Of a stretch of 64,000 nucleotides of DNA, positions 50,996-64,000 are shown one piece after another. A model generated the notes under the pieces. The model had not been told where the DNA came from. It did no database searches and saw only the letters and a list, made by a program, of their open reading frames with translations. How positions within the stretch are numbered: the stretch's first letter is position 1; each line of letters begins with the position of its first letter. Source of the DNA: Octopus sinensis (Eukaryota); assembly GCF_006345805.1 (NCBI RefSeq), contig NC_043015.1, positions 20,956,001-21,020,000 of the forward strand. The letters run 5' to 3'. A program made the translations under genes and the position numbers.

Positions 50996-53062
50996 TATAT
51001 GACTATATATACTTACATACAAACAACATAAATATTATTTTAAATATAAATAAATAGACGTTATTAATATGGAAACATTAAGTTAATCCCGTTTTAACAT
51101 GGTTAAAACATGTTCTTTGAAAGGCTTAACGAAATATTTTAGGAATGATCAAAAGAAGACAATTTTCGTAAACAACGAGTCTTTAGATCAACAGATCGAA
51201 TAACTCCGGTCATTTTTGTTTTTCGAATGTCTCGGCTTTGTCGTGAAATTTCTTGGCAGTCACTCATGCCTTTTATTCTGTCGATGTCGGTAAATGAGCT
51301 AAGAGCCCAGGGCGGTGGATAAGAGGAACAGTAAGAGCGTAAAGGGAGATGCTTTATGATATGAGATCCGCCTTTCTGCATTGTGAGTTCAATCTGCAAT
51401 CAGGTATCCGACCTTGGGAATAACATGCTTTAATAAGAATCACTGGGGGCCTCTACGAAATTTTACTAAAAATACATTTTAAATTCTTCAAAAAAGTTTG
51501 ATGGTCACTATTAGAATTTTTTCGATCAGGATTTTTGCTGAGAAATGAACTGGCTTAAATCAGCGGCAAAAAGAACGCGATAGAAAATATAATTGCTGAG
51601 AAGTTATTAAGTTCACAAACACTGGCTGCATAGATCAACAATAGTTAATTTCGTGTTAACTAATTCAATATATGAAGAACTAAAAACTAAACTTGCAGAC
51701 AACGGTAAATATTGGGAATACAATTATTCTGAAGAGGGTTTCATGTTGCCCCAGATATGATTGGTTTCAAGTTAATAGCACATATTTTGAGGGAAACGAA
51801 AATGGCTGATGGAGGGTGGAGTGAAGACGAATAACAGAGAGTAAGGGGAACAAAAAGTGTTCTTCTATAGTTGGGGAAGAATCTGAAAGCAGGATAAGCT
51901 ATACAAGAAGTACAGAAGTCCAAAATGAGACTTAGACAACGAATTCCAGCAGAGTGCGAATGGATTATGGGATTAAAGTGAACTGTTCCAGGATGCTTAT
52001 TATTGTTACCAGACATCAATGAACAGTAAAAGATTATTTAAAATAATAACTTGTTACCTTAAGAAAGAATCACATTTTTAGAATGATGTGCTGTAAAGGT
52101 TTGAAATATTTTCAGATAATGAAAAAATGGGGAATTCACACCTTATGGTATACGACTAGACTTGTAGTAAGTAAGGGTAGAATGAAAGAAATACGTGAAG
52201 CATATTTTTGAACAATCATCTGCCTTTTCTGTCATTCCAACTGATATATTAATCCACATGCCTTCTAGTATTCCACTACCCTTTCTGTCATTAAAATATT
52301 TCTCTGCAGATGTATTTATTTTAATAGTTATTCTCCTGCGATATTTTATCAGTTCGACTTGCAACCCTTTGCTGAAGCATCCGCCATATTGAAAGGAAAT
52401 ATTGATGTGACACCAAAAACTGATAAATAATTAAATAAAATAACACCTCGAAAAGGAAAAAGAAACTGGAAAGAAAAAATTAGCCAAGATGGATTTTCGA
52501 AGAAAAAAATTTTGCAAACTACCACACCGAAATATATATTAAAATAAATAAAAATATAAATCAATAAATAAATATACGCAACGCACGAAAACACGAAAGT
52601 GAAAAAAAAAAAAAAAAGCAACACAGTCGGTAAAAGAAAAAAAATGAACGGATATAATATTAGCTGGCAAGAAATGGTACGGTGGTACGGAGGAGAAAAG
52701 CAGGAAGGATATAGGGAAAAAGGATCTGCTAGAAGAAGGATAAAGAGACACAAAAAATAGCGTTAATAATGACAACCGTATAAGGAAAAGGAATACCAAA
52801 AAGGGAGAATGGAGGAGGAAAAGATAAAAGGGGAGAGTAAAATGTATTCATTGATAGAGAAATTATAAATGGCGAACATGTTTTTATCAGAAAACAGAAA
52901 AATAGAATCATCGAAATATAACTGTGACAATGAATTCCGGAAAAGGTAGAGTGGAGGGTGGGGTTTGAAACGGAAGATGCTTCGGAGCTGAATAATTCAA
53001 ACAGAATTAGAATTGAGATGTTATTGGCTGCCTCACGACGAAGTTACAAACAATAATAATCC

Positions 53063-53514
53063 TTTCTACTGGAAGCACAAGGCCTGAAGTTTGGAGGAGG
53101 GGATTAAGTCCATTACATCGACCCGAGTATTTCACTGGTACTCAATTTATCCATCCCGAAGGGATGAAAAGTAAAGTCGACCTCGGCGGAATTTGAACTC
53201 AGAATATAAAGACGGACGAAATACCGCTAAGCATTTCATCCGGTCTGCTAACGATTCCGCCAGCTTGCCGCCTTAATAATCCTTTCTACTATAGGCACAA
53301 GGCACGACATTTGGGGGAGGGTGGTATAGTCGATTACATCGGCTCCAGTGTTTCACTGGCACTTAATTTATCGACCCTGAAAGGATGAAAAGCAAAGTCG
53401 ACCTCGGCGGAATTTGAACTCAAAACGTAAAAACAAACAAAACACCGCTACGCATTTCGTCCAGCGTGCTAACGATTCTGCCAACTCACTGCCTTAACAA
53501 CAATAACAACCACA

Positions 53515-53571
<57 letters not shown>

Positions 53572-54630
53572 TCTAATTTAGGTACACTGCCAGAAATTTC
53601 AATAGAGCAATAATCTGATACAGTTGCCTTCATTCTTTGGAATGGTACTTTCAACCTGGTGATATTTACTTCGGCAGGATTTGAAATCAGATGTTTCCAA
53701 AGTAATACTTCAAAGCATTTTCCCGAAAGCCCTAACGATTCTGCCAACGTACAACCCTTCATTTTTTACTTCTTATCATTAAAGTTGCGAGCTGGCAGAC
53801 TCGTTAGCACGCTGGATAAAATACTGACCAGCGTCTCATTCGTCTTTACGTTCTGATTTCAAATTTCGCTGCGGTAGACTTTGCTTTTCATCCGTTCGGG
53901 GTCGATAAATGAAGTGCCAGTCAAGTATTGGGGTCAATCTAATCGACTTTCCTCTCCACTCAAGAACCACCGGCTCTGTGCCGACATTTGAAACAGCACT
54001 AGTACTATCAACTTGGCGTATTGAAAGCATCGCCAATGTGTCGGACAAAATGCTTAGCGCCATTTCTTCTGGCTATTTACATTCTCGGTTCAAACTCAAC
54101 CGAGCTCATTTTGCCTTTTATTTCTCCGGGATCGATATCCTTCCATTCAATTATTGGCGGTTATTGCAATCGACTCGCCCCTCCCCTCAAAATAGTTGGC
54201 CTTATGCCAAACTGAGAAGTAATTCTTATTGTAATGTTTGTTACTATGCAGCAGGAATTGCTCCAACCTTTTCTAAATCCCCGAAATCAACGACGCATTT
54301 CTTCTTCTGCGGAGTTGATAAAACAAAATACGAGTCAAATCATGGATTCGATGTAATCGATAAACACTTCACCCTCAATGCTGTTGGTTTTGTGCTTAAA
54401 TCACAAACTATTTTGCGTCTTATTATTATGAAGGCTACGAGCTGGCAGAATCGTTATTACGCTGCACGAAATAGCGGCACTTAGTCCTTCACTACGTTCT
54501 GAGTTCAAATTCCGACGAGGACGACTTTGCCTTTGATCCTTTCGGGTTCAGTAAAATTAGTACCAGTTGAACACTGGGGTCGACGTAATCGACTTACCCG
54601 CTCCCTCTAAATTGCTGGCCTTGTGCCAGT
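53063..54630. mobile_element. Dense cluster of ~7 SINE-A copies in both orientations around a (TTA)n tract
   Basis: Minus copies at ~53063-53275, 53280-53497 and 53570-53750; plus copies at ~53780-53995, 54000-54215, ~54300-54410 and 54430-54630. Confidence 0.75.
53515..53571. repeat. (TTA)n microsatellite
   Basis: Direct inspection. Confidence 0.96.
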
Positions 54631-56089
54631 AATCTAATAATCGTTATTATCATCATCATTTGCTGTGGAGAATAGATTTCATCGGTTGAATCAGAGTTGT
54701 TTCTGTAAAAGACCCATCTATTGTAAAGATAACTTTCTAATGTTTGGAGTCTCCACTTACAAGGGTTAAAAAATTGATAGAAACAAAACAGAGAAGTGAG
54801 CTCTTTAGTAACATCTCCAAATGAAAATATGAATATTCGACGTTGCGACAACAAAAATAAAACTGAAAAATGTGCTAAAATAGCACATTCACACACAGAA
54901 GACAATAAAGAAGATAATTTAAATTACAGCACAAAACATAAATAGTCGACTTGAAATGTAAAGAAACGCATTCATTTTAACATTGAAAATATATATGCCG
55001 AGTGGAAATCTTAACAACTTTATTCATTTTCCCACGTTAAGGCAAATTTAAATATGAAAAAAGGAGCGTTATCCTTTCTTCAAATGAAAACATTTTAATA
55101 TGCAACATTTTGTGGGGTTTTTTTTTTTGTACACGAGACAATCCATCGCAGAGGGAAAAAAATAATTTACTTGTCAAAGAGACAGTATAATTTCTTGTTC
55201 AATTCAGGCAAGAGTTATAGATATTCCTAACAGAGTTTTGAGTGAACGTCATTGGTAATATCAGTTATTGTTATCACGAGACCAGTGTGACAATCGCAGG
55301 TGCGAATCATATGTGATACACGTGTCTATAAGACAGTCACAAGATTCACCGTCAAGGACATTGTTGACGATGTAAATCTCTGGCTGGTAATAACCTTCGT
55401 GTCAGAACATAGGCAGACAATCAGTGTACGATTAGTATTATTGATAAACGGTCTGATCGGATTAACAATAGATATACTAAGCCAAACGACTGCACAAGGT
55501 AACTAAACAATCCCATGACTGGGTCTAGATGTACGGCGAGAAAGACTTTACAACACACATTGTTCAAGGTAGACGACACAGCTTCAACATATGAGAAAAA
55601 TCCAATTAAGAACTTTTAGAGCAGAAAGTCTAAGGAAGGAAACTAACAAGAACAAATCATAGAGCTTGTCAGCCCTATGGTAAAAGCAGGACCAACTTGC
55701 GAATTGGTAATATATAGTCCTGTTTCTATTATCAGGAGTAAACCACGGGGCATCAAAATTCCTCTAACAGCCATAAGGAGGTGAGACCAAAGCAATGCAA
55801 TCACAACACCGGCATATAAGTCCGACATAACAGCATCACCTCATCAATATATGAGGATGGGAACCGAACGGAGGTTCAAGAGCAGAAGCAGATTTCACTG
55901 AAATCAAATGAAAAGAAGACAAAAACAAAATCATGAAAAGAGAACCAGTGGAAAAATATATAAATAAATTATTAAAAACGTTTGATGGAGTATGAGGAAG
56001 CGGAGATATCTCTGCTCCTATTTTATGATTGTGAGCCAAGCTTTCAGATTTCTCCAGGATATCAATTAAATTCACTTAATCACAAAAAT

Positions 56090-56300
56090 AAAGGCGGCGA
56101 GCTGGCAGAATTGTTCAGTGTGTCGGTCAAAAAAGCACTTAGAACTTTAAAACACCGGAAGAAATTCCACTGAGCTTAAATCTAGGGAGGTCAACTTTGC
56201 CTTTCATCTTTTCGGAGTCAAAAGGATAAGAACAGGGGTCAATGTAATCGACTTCCGTTTCCTTCTAAAAATTGCTATCCTTCTACCAGATTTAGAAAGA
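56090..56300 (+). mobile_element. SINE-A copy
   Basis: AAGGCGGCGAGCTGGCAGAAT head; GTCAACTTTGCCTTTCATC central domain. Confidence 0.7.
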
Positions 56301-56620
56301 ATATTCATTATCATTATTATTAAAATTTTATGGCCTTGTACCAAATTTATTTAGCATTATCATCATTATTATTTTTTTTTTTTTATTATTATTATTATTA
56401 TGATGTTATTAGTTTTTACTACTGCTGTTCCGATTTGAAAGGATAATCGCAATATTTATCCTTAGAGCTATGTATATGACATTCAAGTTCATCGTCGTGG
56501 CGATTCTAGAGAAAAAAAGACAAAGAGACGTGATTGCAGAACAATGTTCTTTGTGCGAATATACATACAAAAAATATACATACAGACACACACGTACGCT
56601 ATCACCCCGATATATACATG

Positions 56621-56668
<48 letters not shown>

Positions 56669-56815
56669 CAGTGAGGGAGAGGGAGATTGGCATTCACGTA
56701 CACATTGATAGGTTTATGAATATGTATTTAAATATACTTATTCATGTATGGAAGCAACACACTACACCCACTGGTATGGAAGCAACACAATACAAGTACA
56801 CATATTTATAAAGAG

Positions 56816-56818
<3 letters not shown>

Positions 56819-56862
<44 letters not shown>

Positions 56863-56906
56863 TCGGGAGAGAGAGAGAGAAAGACAGAGCGGGAGAGAGA
56901 GAGAGA
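56819..56906. repeat. (GA)n microsatellite
   Basis: Direct inspection. Confidence 0.95.
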
Positions 56907-57799
56907 ACTTTGCCCTTACCTATAAACACACATTTAGCTTTATAACTGGGGGAAATATCTCACAAGTTACACAAAAACGAACCATTATATTCGCGACCCA
57001 ACACACTCTTATCTTCACAAAATTAAACAATGACATCAACGCACGCACACACACACACACACACACACACAACACAATATACGCAAGTTGACACTATTAT
57101 TTTGGTTCTATACACACCTATGTTACCATGCCAAATATATAAGCATATACATGTAAATAATTTTATGTTTAGCACTGATATCTATCTCTGCTGATTCCAA
57201 GCAATTTGTAATATGGAGGGCTTCTCCCAGTTTTATAATATTCTCATAATCCTCCATCCCCGCAACCCGTCATCATTCCTTCCCCGCCCACCCTCAAATA
57301 TCACCCACCTCTCCAATTCCCAATAATCAATCAACAACGCGGCATGAAATGACAGCAAATATGGAAACAGAACCAAAGGCGATGTGCTATAGAGGAAAAC
57401 TATGGAATTATGATCGTAGAGACAGATAAAAGAAGATAGTAAGAAACAACTAGGGCTTGGAGGTGGTGGTGGTGGTGGCGGCTGTTGCGGCGGAGGTTAA
57501 TGTTACAGGTGGAGGAGATTTGCGAATGAGAAGAGTTAGTTGTAACAGTGTTAGGGATGTTAGAGGACAGACAAGCGATTGATGATAAGAGGAAGGTTGT
57601 TGGTGAAAACAGCGGGGAGAAAAAGTAGGTTGTCGTTGAAAAACCTTCGCAGGTTGTATGTTATGTGTAGGGGGGGAGGAGGAAAAGGTGTGCTCTGAAG
57701 ATGGTTATATGGTGGTGTTAAGATGAATATGAAATAGAAGATCAAATCGATAAGACAGTATATGGGTGTGTGTATATAAGTGCACGTGTAGAGGATATA

Positions 57800-57872
<73 letters not shown>

Positions 57873-57988
57873 GTTATTGATTTCATCTTTTACTTCATAT
57901 TCATGTTTGCACTACTGTATGAACTTATCACCACATACACACCTGTATTTGTCTATATAAGTAATACAGTGGTTCTATCTGCGCATGC

Positions 57989-58033
<45 letters not shown>

Positions 58034-58995
58034 GAATATATATAGTTATGGTTGTATATATATATGTGTGTGTGTGTGTGTGTATACTTGGAAAGGGATG
58101 CGTGGCGTTCAATCAAATATTATAAATATATATATTTATATATATATATTTGTATGCCTATATATACATATTTACCTATTTAGTGATATAAATATGTGCC
58201 TGCCTGTTTGTAAGTATAAACATGTATATACAAGCACACATACCATGTATGTAAGTATAAGTAAATACAATATATGTGCATATAGATATAGATATATATA
58301 TATATATATTATATACACACACACGTGTGTGTGTATACATGCATTTGAATGCTCATATTTATACATATTCATTTCTGTGGTGATATAAATGCGTATGTCT
58401 ATTTAAGTATATATACACAATTATACTAGAATCGTCATGTTCTCAAAATATTTTCAACTATGTACAATATTGTTCCCGCTCAAAAGTGCACTATTATTGA
58501 TATATCTATATATTTATATCTGTTTTTAGCTTTGTCTCTGTGTATATATAGATGTAGGCAAGTAAATATATGTGTATTGATTTGATTTAAACATACATAT
58601 ATATATTCATACATGCATATGATGTGCACATTTGTATGTAGAGAAGATATATTTGGTGACATTTTAGCTTTTCCATGTTTTTTTTCTGTTTTGTTTTAAT
58701 ATATCACTAGAAATGTGAAAATATGTGTGTGTGTGTGTTGTGTGTGTGTGTGTGTGTGTGGTGTGTGTGTGTGTGTGTGTATGTGTGTGTGTGAGTTGAT
58801 GCTTGCCTATGTGTATATATTCGTGACGTTATCAATGATACTGGTTACCGTATTTTTTTTAATATATCAGTAAATGTGTGTGTGTGCGTACGTACGTGCG
58901 TGCGAGTGAGATGATTGTGATAATATCAGAACATGGTTATGGTTGTGTTCGCGGCTAAAATTACATGCACACATACACACACACACGTGTATATC

Positions 58996-59034
<39 letters not shown>

Positions 59035-59479
59035 AGTGTGTGAAGCTAGGAAGCGATAGAGGGTGAAGGAGAGTAATAGACAAACAGAAATAGAGAAAGA
59101 ATGACAAAGCACAAACGATACTAAGAAAATCGTGGGAACCTAACTCTCCATATTTGTTAAATATTTATTGTGAAGTAGAGCATGAGAGAACGATTACGTG
59201 TGATTATTGCTGTTTTGTTTGTTTGGCAGTTTCTTTTGTTCCGGTTCACATAAATGCTATTGTTTGTCGTGTTTTTCGTACATTAAATGCTCTTTGTTGT
59301 TGTTGTTGTTGTTGTTGTTGTTGCTTGGCTTTAGCTGTGCCTTTGATCCACTGAACAGACACACCTTACGTTCAAATATATTCGAGTAGTGACTATCCTC
59401 GGTTTTTAGTTTTGCCCACACATACATAAAGGTATTTAGTACTGTGATGGCGAACCTTTGACCCTTGCTTCAAAGGTAA

Positions 59480-59826
59480 AACACAGCGAGACCGTAGGTA
59501 GATTTTGAAGGAATATATTCCTGTGCGTCAAGCTCCAAACGTTTGTGAGTAGATGTCTCCGGGAAATCCCTTATGTGAGCTGGCATGAGAAATTCACAAA
59601 CAAAGCTTTGAGGGTATAGGTGAACCAGGGGCCTATTAAAACCCAGACCAAGATGACACAATGGAAATCTGCTTTCAGTTTTACAAAGCAAGGCCTCCGA
59701 TGGGAACCCGAAAGGAAATGAGAAGTATGAAGCATTTGGGAACAACTACGATCAACTGCTAAAAATCGAGACAGTCGGAGGTCTCTTGTTGGCGCCCTAT
59801 ACTCCACATGTAGTCAAAGGAATTAA
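59480..59826 (+). mobile_element. Degraded RTE-clade LINE 3' end
   Basis: KLQTFVSRCLREIPYVSWHEKFTNKAL and WEQLRSTAKNRDSRRSLVGALYSTCSQRN* (59737-59826) resemble RTE C-termini. Confidence 0.72.
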
Positions 59827-60139
59827 GATTATCAAGCTATAAATCATACCTATAAGTATTCATCTGAAACTAAAATATTTATACATCCAGGTGACACTTC
59901 AGTAAAAAAGGTTACTAAACAAAATAACATTTCTTCAATTAAAGAGTCTTTGTATGGTAGTTACGAAGACGCATTCATTCGTGCTATGAATAAAGAAAAA
60001 CATATATTGTGGTTTTACACTAATATTTTAGTTTCAAACGATATAAGAAAACAAAGAGGATAAGCAAAAAATATACGAGTGAGAACGTACTGAATAGCGT
60101 GGTTCATATCACGGCTCGACTGTATCACACGACATACTA

Positions 60140-60495
60140 TAGGTAGTGGGTAGCGATTTTCTTCACTACTTCAGGGAGTGACGACCTTGCCTGACACGAG
60201 TCCTAGGCTCAGCTGGCTCCGGCTGACAGTACCCGGTATGGGCCCCTATCCAGGGTTACGGAAAGTAGACAACTTTCAAAGAAATCCGGAGTGAAGCCCC
60301 GTAGGCGGTTTAGTGTTCGACTCGACGCTCTTCTGGCAGCTCCTGCAACCAAGCTGGTACCAAACATAATGCTCTGCACTCCTTTAGACTACGTCAGCAA
60401 GGTCAAGAGAGGAGTCCTGATGATTGGGCTACCCAGGATTTTCTTACATCTAGCCCAGGCCTGTGAAAGACTGGAGAGGAAACTAGAGAAGATAT
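60140..60495 (+). mobile_element. Probable RTE-type LINE 5' UTR fragment
   Basis: GC-rich block containing GGCAGCTCCTGCAACCAAGCTGGTACCAAAC, recalled from RTE 5' regions; not verified by search. Confidence 0.35.
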
Positions 60496-61149
60496 GAAAT
60501 GTAAAAACCAGACTGAATTAGTTTATGCGCAACTCCATTGTCTCCCTAGACAAAATGATGCCAGCAACAACAACTATAGTGTGACAAACCATCAACTGAA
60601 TGCTTCTTAAAATCTGATCATAAGTCCACGAGATCCTCTTCATAGAGCAGGATGTCTTATTTTCCCTTGAAAACGCCGAATTGCTTACTTTGTAGTAACA
60701 TTGACCCCGCAACCTAAACATTTTTGTAGATATACCGAGGTTGATTTGAAATTACTCCTAGCATCGATGTGGCATATATTTCGCCGACCGCGGTGGAAAA
60801 AATTTAAGTTGACATCAGAAGAATACGAACTTTGAAAGCTTAATAAAATAACTAAATGACACAATAAAGTGAGAGTTTGTCGTATAAAGTTTCAGTTGAT
60901 TTGTCGCTAAATTAACATAAATATCAGTTTTGTTAATATTAAACGACTCACGTTCTTCTACTGCCATTATTCAATGTGGTGGAGGAAAGAAAACACAAGT
61001 CTCATCTGTCACATATATCCACTGACTTCGTCTCAGAAGACTTAATCACAGACATCTCTTTGACAGCTGCTTTCCTAACTATGAAACGTTGAGTAATGGT
61101 GGTGTGAGTCAACAACTGTCCACTTAAAATTATAAATAACACAATTACA

Positions 61150-61370
61150 TTGGTTTCAAATTTTGGCACAAAGCCAGTAGTTGGGTGGGTGAAGGAGGGT
61201 TAAATTGAATTGATCAACTCCATTGTTCAACTAGTACTTATGTTACCCACACGAAAAGTATGAAAGGCGAAGTTGACCCCGTCAGAATTTGAACTGAGAA
61301 CGTAAAGAAGGATTAAATGCTGCTAAGCATTTTGTACGACGTACTGGCGATTCTGTCAGTTCGCCTTAAA
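61150..61370 (-). mobile_element. SINE-A copy (diverged)
   Basis: TTTTGGCACAAAGCCAG...GAATTTGAACTGAGAACGTAAAG...GCTAAGCAT...TTCGCCTTAA. Confidence 0.65.
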
Positions 61371-63596
61371 AGACAATTCGTTACTATTATGTTAAACTGT
61401 ATATACAAATTTGGGCAAATGCATTTTTTTAATATTTAATTTTGCTTGCAATCGCCGGTTCTTTTGGTCAAACTACCGTATCTCCACCTGCTTCAGAGGC
61501 CAAGATATCAAAAATTGACAATGGTACAACGGCTTGGCATTTTTCAAAAGTGAAGTAAGTCCCATATACGACAGTTTTAGAAACATATTTTTGAAAGAAA
61601 ATAGCATACATGCATGAAGTTACGATTTTATGCACTCAGCAAAGTACTGGTGTTAAGCTGAAACTGTTGCTAATGTAAAAAGAAATGGAATGGTGAAACT
61701 ATTTTTTATTTTTCTGAAAAAGCAATGTTTTGGACGTCCGACAATTTGCATAATAGCAACGAAATATATTAAATGCTCTGCTACCCCCGTTAGTACAAAT
61801 AGAAGTAGCTCGTATATTTCTAGTACGGACGTGATTTTGGATAGAATTCCTCAGTTTTCGTTTTTGTTTTCCGCCCTCTGAATCCAAATATCGAAAATAA
61901 GCTTTTATGCTGTCGGCTTCGATAAAGAAAGAAACAGTCCCGAATTTTTTTTATTGTATGGGCATGCATGGGTGTGTGTGCGCATGTTTGTGTGTTATGG
62001 ATGATGCATAATAAATGCTTAGGCCATTCGAATTGCTATCCCAATGCATTGGGTTCGAACCCGCTATGTGGTACGTTAGTACTACAGGCTCAGTTAGACT
62101 TGCGTATTATAAATAAAATTGAATCCACGGAAAATAAACAGAAGACCGTCAAGTAAATTACCCTCTGTTGTAAACAGCCTCGCACTAATTCTCCTTCAGG
62201 CTTATGTTAAGCGTACACGTGTCTACGAAATACTCAGCCACCTGTACGCTAACTCAATGAACAGCTATACATTGACGAAAAAACTGAAAACATCGCCGAA
62301 GTCATCAGAGAAAAATTTCACATTTTGTGTATGTGCGTGTGCGTGTGTGTGCATGGTATATGTGTGTGTGTTTAGAAGTGTCATGGAGGAAATGGATAGC
62401 AGGTGTCTTGGAATCTGTCAAATGTACATGTTCTTTACAAGGTTACTGTATTGCAATGTGCCAACAGCAGACAACGCTTCTGTGTGTGTATGCGTGTTTG
62501 CAGGATTAATTGGGAGAGTAGAAGGAGAAGTAGTATCAGTAGTAAGAGCAGCTGTGGTGTTAGTAGTAATGTGTTTGTACAACGTTCGCAACCAAACGCA
62601 TATACACAGGGGGAGAGAGGGGGAAGAGAGGGGGAAGAGAGAGAGGAGAAGAGAGAGAGATGAAGAGAGAGAGAAATGGATATGGGAGGGATAGCTAGCT
62701 AGCTAAATAGAGAGCTGGACTGCCAGACAAAGAAACGCAATAGTGGAAGCCAATCGCACTCTTGGCAAAATAAAATGACATAAACATGAATATATCTTGA
62801 TTTGTAAAGCCAACAGGTGAAAATCACAGACAGCTTCTTGTATTCAGAATTCTTCATTGGAGTATAGTTTACTTTCTTGGCAAGACTCGTAGTGATCAAT
62901 ATAGTTCGAAGGAGGATATATAATGATGCTGAATATTAACGTCAGCAAAAATGCCTTGGGACGAACGTTTTACGCACTGAAAACTCACACATACAGTTGG
63001 TAGTTTACGTATGTAAGTGGTTAAAACATTCTCTATTAACTAAAATAGGAATAGATTTCTGCAGGCTACGTTCAGATTCTATTGAGGTCAAATTTGCCTT
63101 TCATACTTCCGGGAGTCAATGAATATGCACGAATCAAGAGTAGCCGTTTAGTGGAATAGTAAAACCTTCGGCCTGGATACCTGATTACTTTTGTTGCAAT
63201 TCCTTGTGTTCGGAATTGGAATCTGGTCGTGGCCTTCTCTGGTGGTAAACATTTTGGTGTTCAGGTTTGATGCTTTCTGGTAACTCTAAAACATGAGTCC
63301 CTATCAACAGTCAGTAAGACTCTCGCCTGAATTGAAACCTCAAAGTTAATCTCAAGCTTTTCTTCGTTTAAAATACACAGGATACTTTTGCGTGAACGTG
63401 TTGAGTGAATCATCGAATAATATTTGATGTTCTATGTAAACATTTCATATATATATATACATTCTACGGACTCTATGGAAGGCCTGAAGTATATCTCGTA
63501 GCGTGTGTATTTCTACTGTATGATGACATCAGATAGCCAATAACTGTGAACGAGATTTGCACTGCTTTCTACAAGGCTTTACCCCGAATATAACTA

Positions 63597-63844
63597 CTGG
63601 GTTGGTGTATAATTATTGCGGTTTTTCTTCAACAAATTTTATTCAACAGAAACAACAATATTTAACAAAAACATCTTTAAATGACAGTCTGGCCGCCTGC
63701 CAAGCAAATGAGAAGCAGTAATTGAAGTAGATGGTGAATATGCTCCGGAATAATCATTTAAAGATGTTTTTGCTACATGTTGTTAGTGTTTTTGTTGAAT
63801 AAAATTTATTGAAAAAACGCCGCAATAATTATGCACCAATCCAA
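63597..63844. mobile_element. Mariner-type MITE, 248 bp, ~85-bp imperfect TIRs, TA target duplication
   Basis: Left TA|CTGGGTTGGTGTATAATTATTGCGG; right CCGCAATAATTATGCACCAATCCAA|TA. The terminus resembles the Hsmar1/MADE1-type TTAGGTTGGTGCAAAAGTAATTGCGG. Confidence 0.8.
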
Positions 63845-64000
63845 TATATATATACATCGTTTTACGCTAAGAAGCGGTGCACGTTATCAGAATTTTCGAC
63901 TCGAGTCAAATATTTCAAACTACTCCGAGACGTTGTTAAAGTATTTGCAGAAGTGGAGTCAAGACCGGCCAGTTTATTACAACTGTGTGTGTATGTGCGC

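Noticed and set aside
51729-51760. CTGAAGA-GGG...CCC hammerhead candidate
   Set aside because: No GAAA or stem III follows.
61448-61560. Open frame ending at a GAA|GTAAGT donor
   Set aside because: No convincing acceptor or start, and no recognisable product.
62200-62330. Candidate exon after ctccttcag (AYVKRTRVYEILSHLYANS...)
   Set aside because: No recognisable homology, and the ORF runs into microsatellite.
718-62899. Most ORF-track entries (IYIYIY, CVCVCV, THTHTH, RERERE, LSLSLS peptides and antisense ORFs over the PLE)
   Set aside because: They are translations of microsatellites, low-complexity tracts or the antisense of TE ORFs; many use GTG/TTG starts that are irrelevant for a eukaryote.

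Overview
AT-rich eukaryotic DNA dense in microsatellites and repeats. The SINE families and (TA)n/(CA)n/(GA)n load suggest an octopod cephalopod (Octopus-like; recognised from memory, not searched). No host protein-coding gene can be confidently supported, and almost all ORF-track entries are microsatellite or low-complexity artefacts. The main feature is a cluster of Penelope-like retroelement (PLE) insertions in (TA)n tracts at about 15.0-21.1 kb. (1) A 4.2-kb head-to-head element: a minus-strand copy with a reconstructable ~708-aa RT + C-terminal GIY-YIG ORF broken only by four 1-bp homopolymer indels, fused to an inverted 5'-truncated copy; both arms carry a non-canonical type I hammerhead-like motif. 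(2) A 0.3-kb insertion in which ends of the same element bracket a foreign 225-bp, 57% GC, hairpin-rich segment. (3) A ~160-bp pLTR of a second family with a minimal hammerhead. (4) A ~415-bp foldback carrying two oppositely oriented hammerhead ribozymes with a fully canonical core. Several decayed hammerhead relics lie elsewhere. Other content: 3' fragments of R4/Dong, CR1-type and RTE LINEs, a Tc1 transposase 3' end with its TIR, a mariner-type MITE, a Helentron/HINE-like element, about 30 tRNA-derived SINE copies from three families, and minisatellites.
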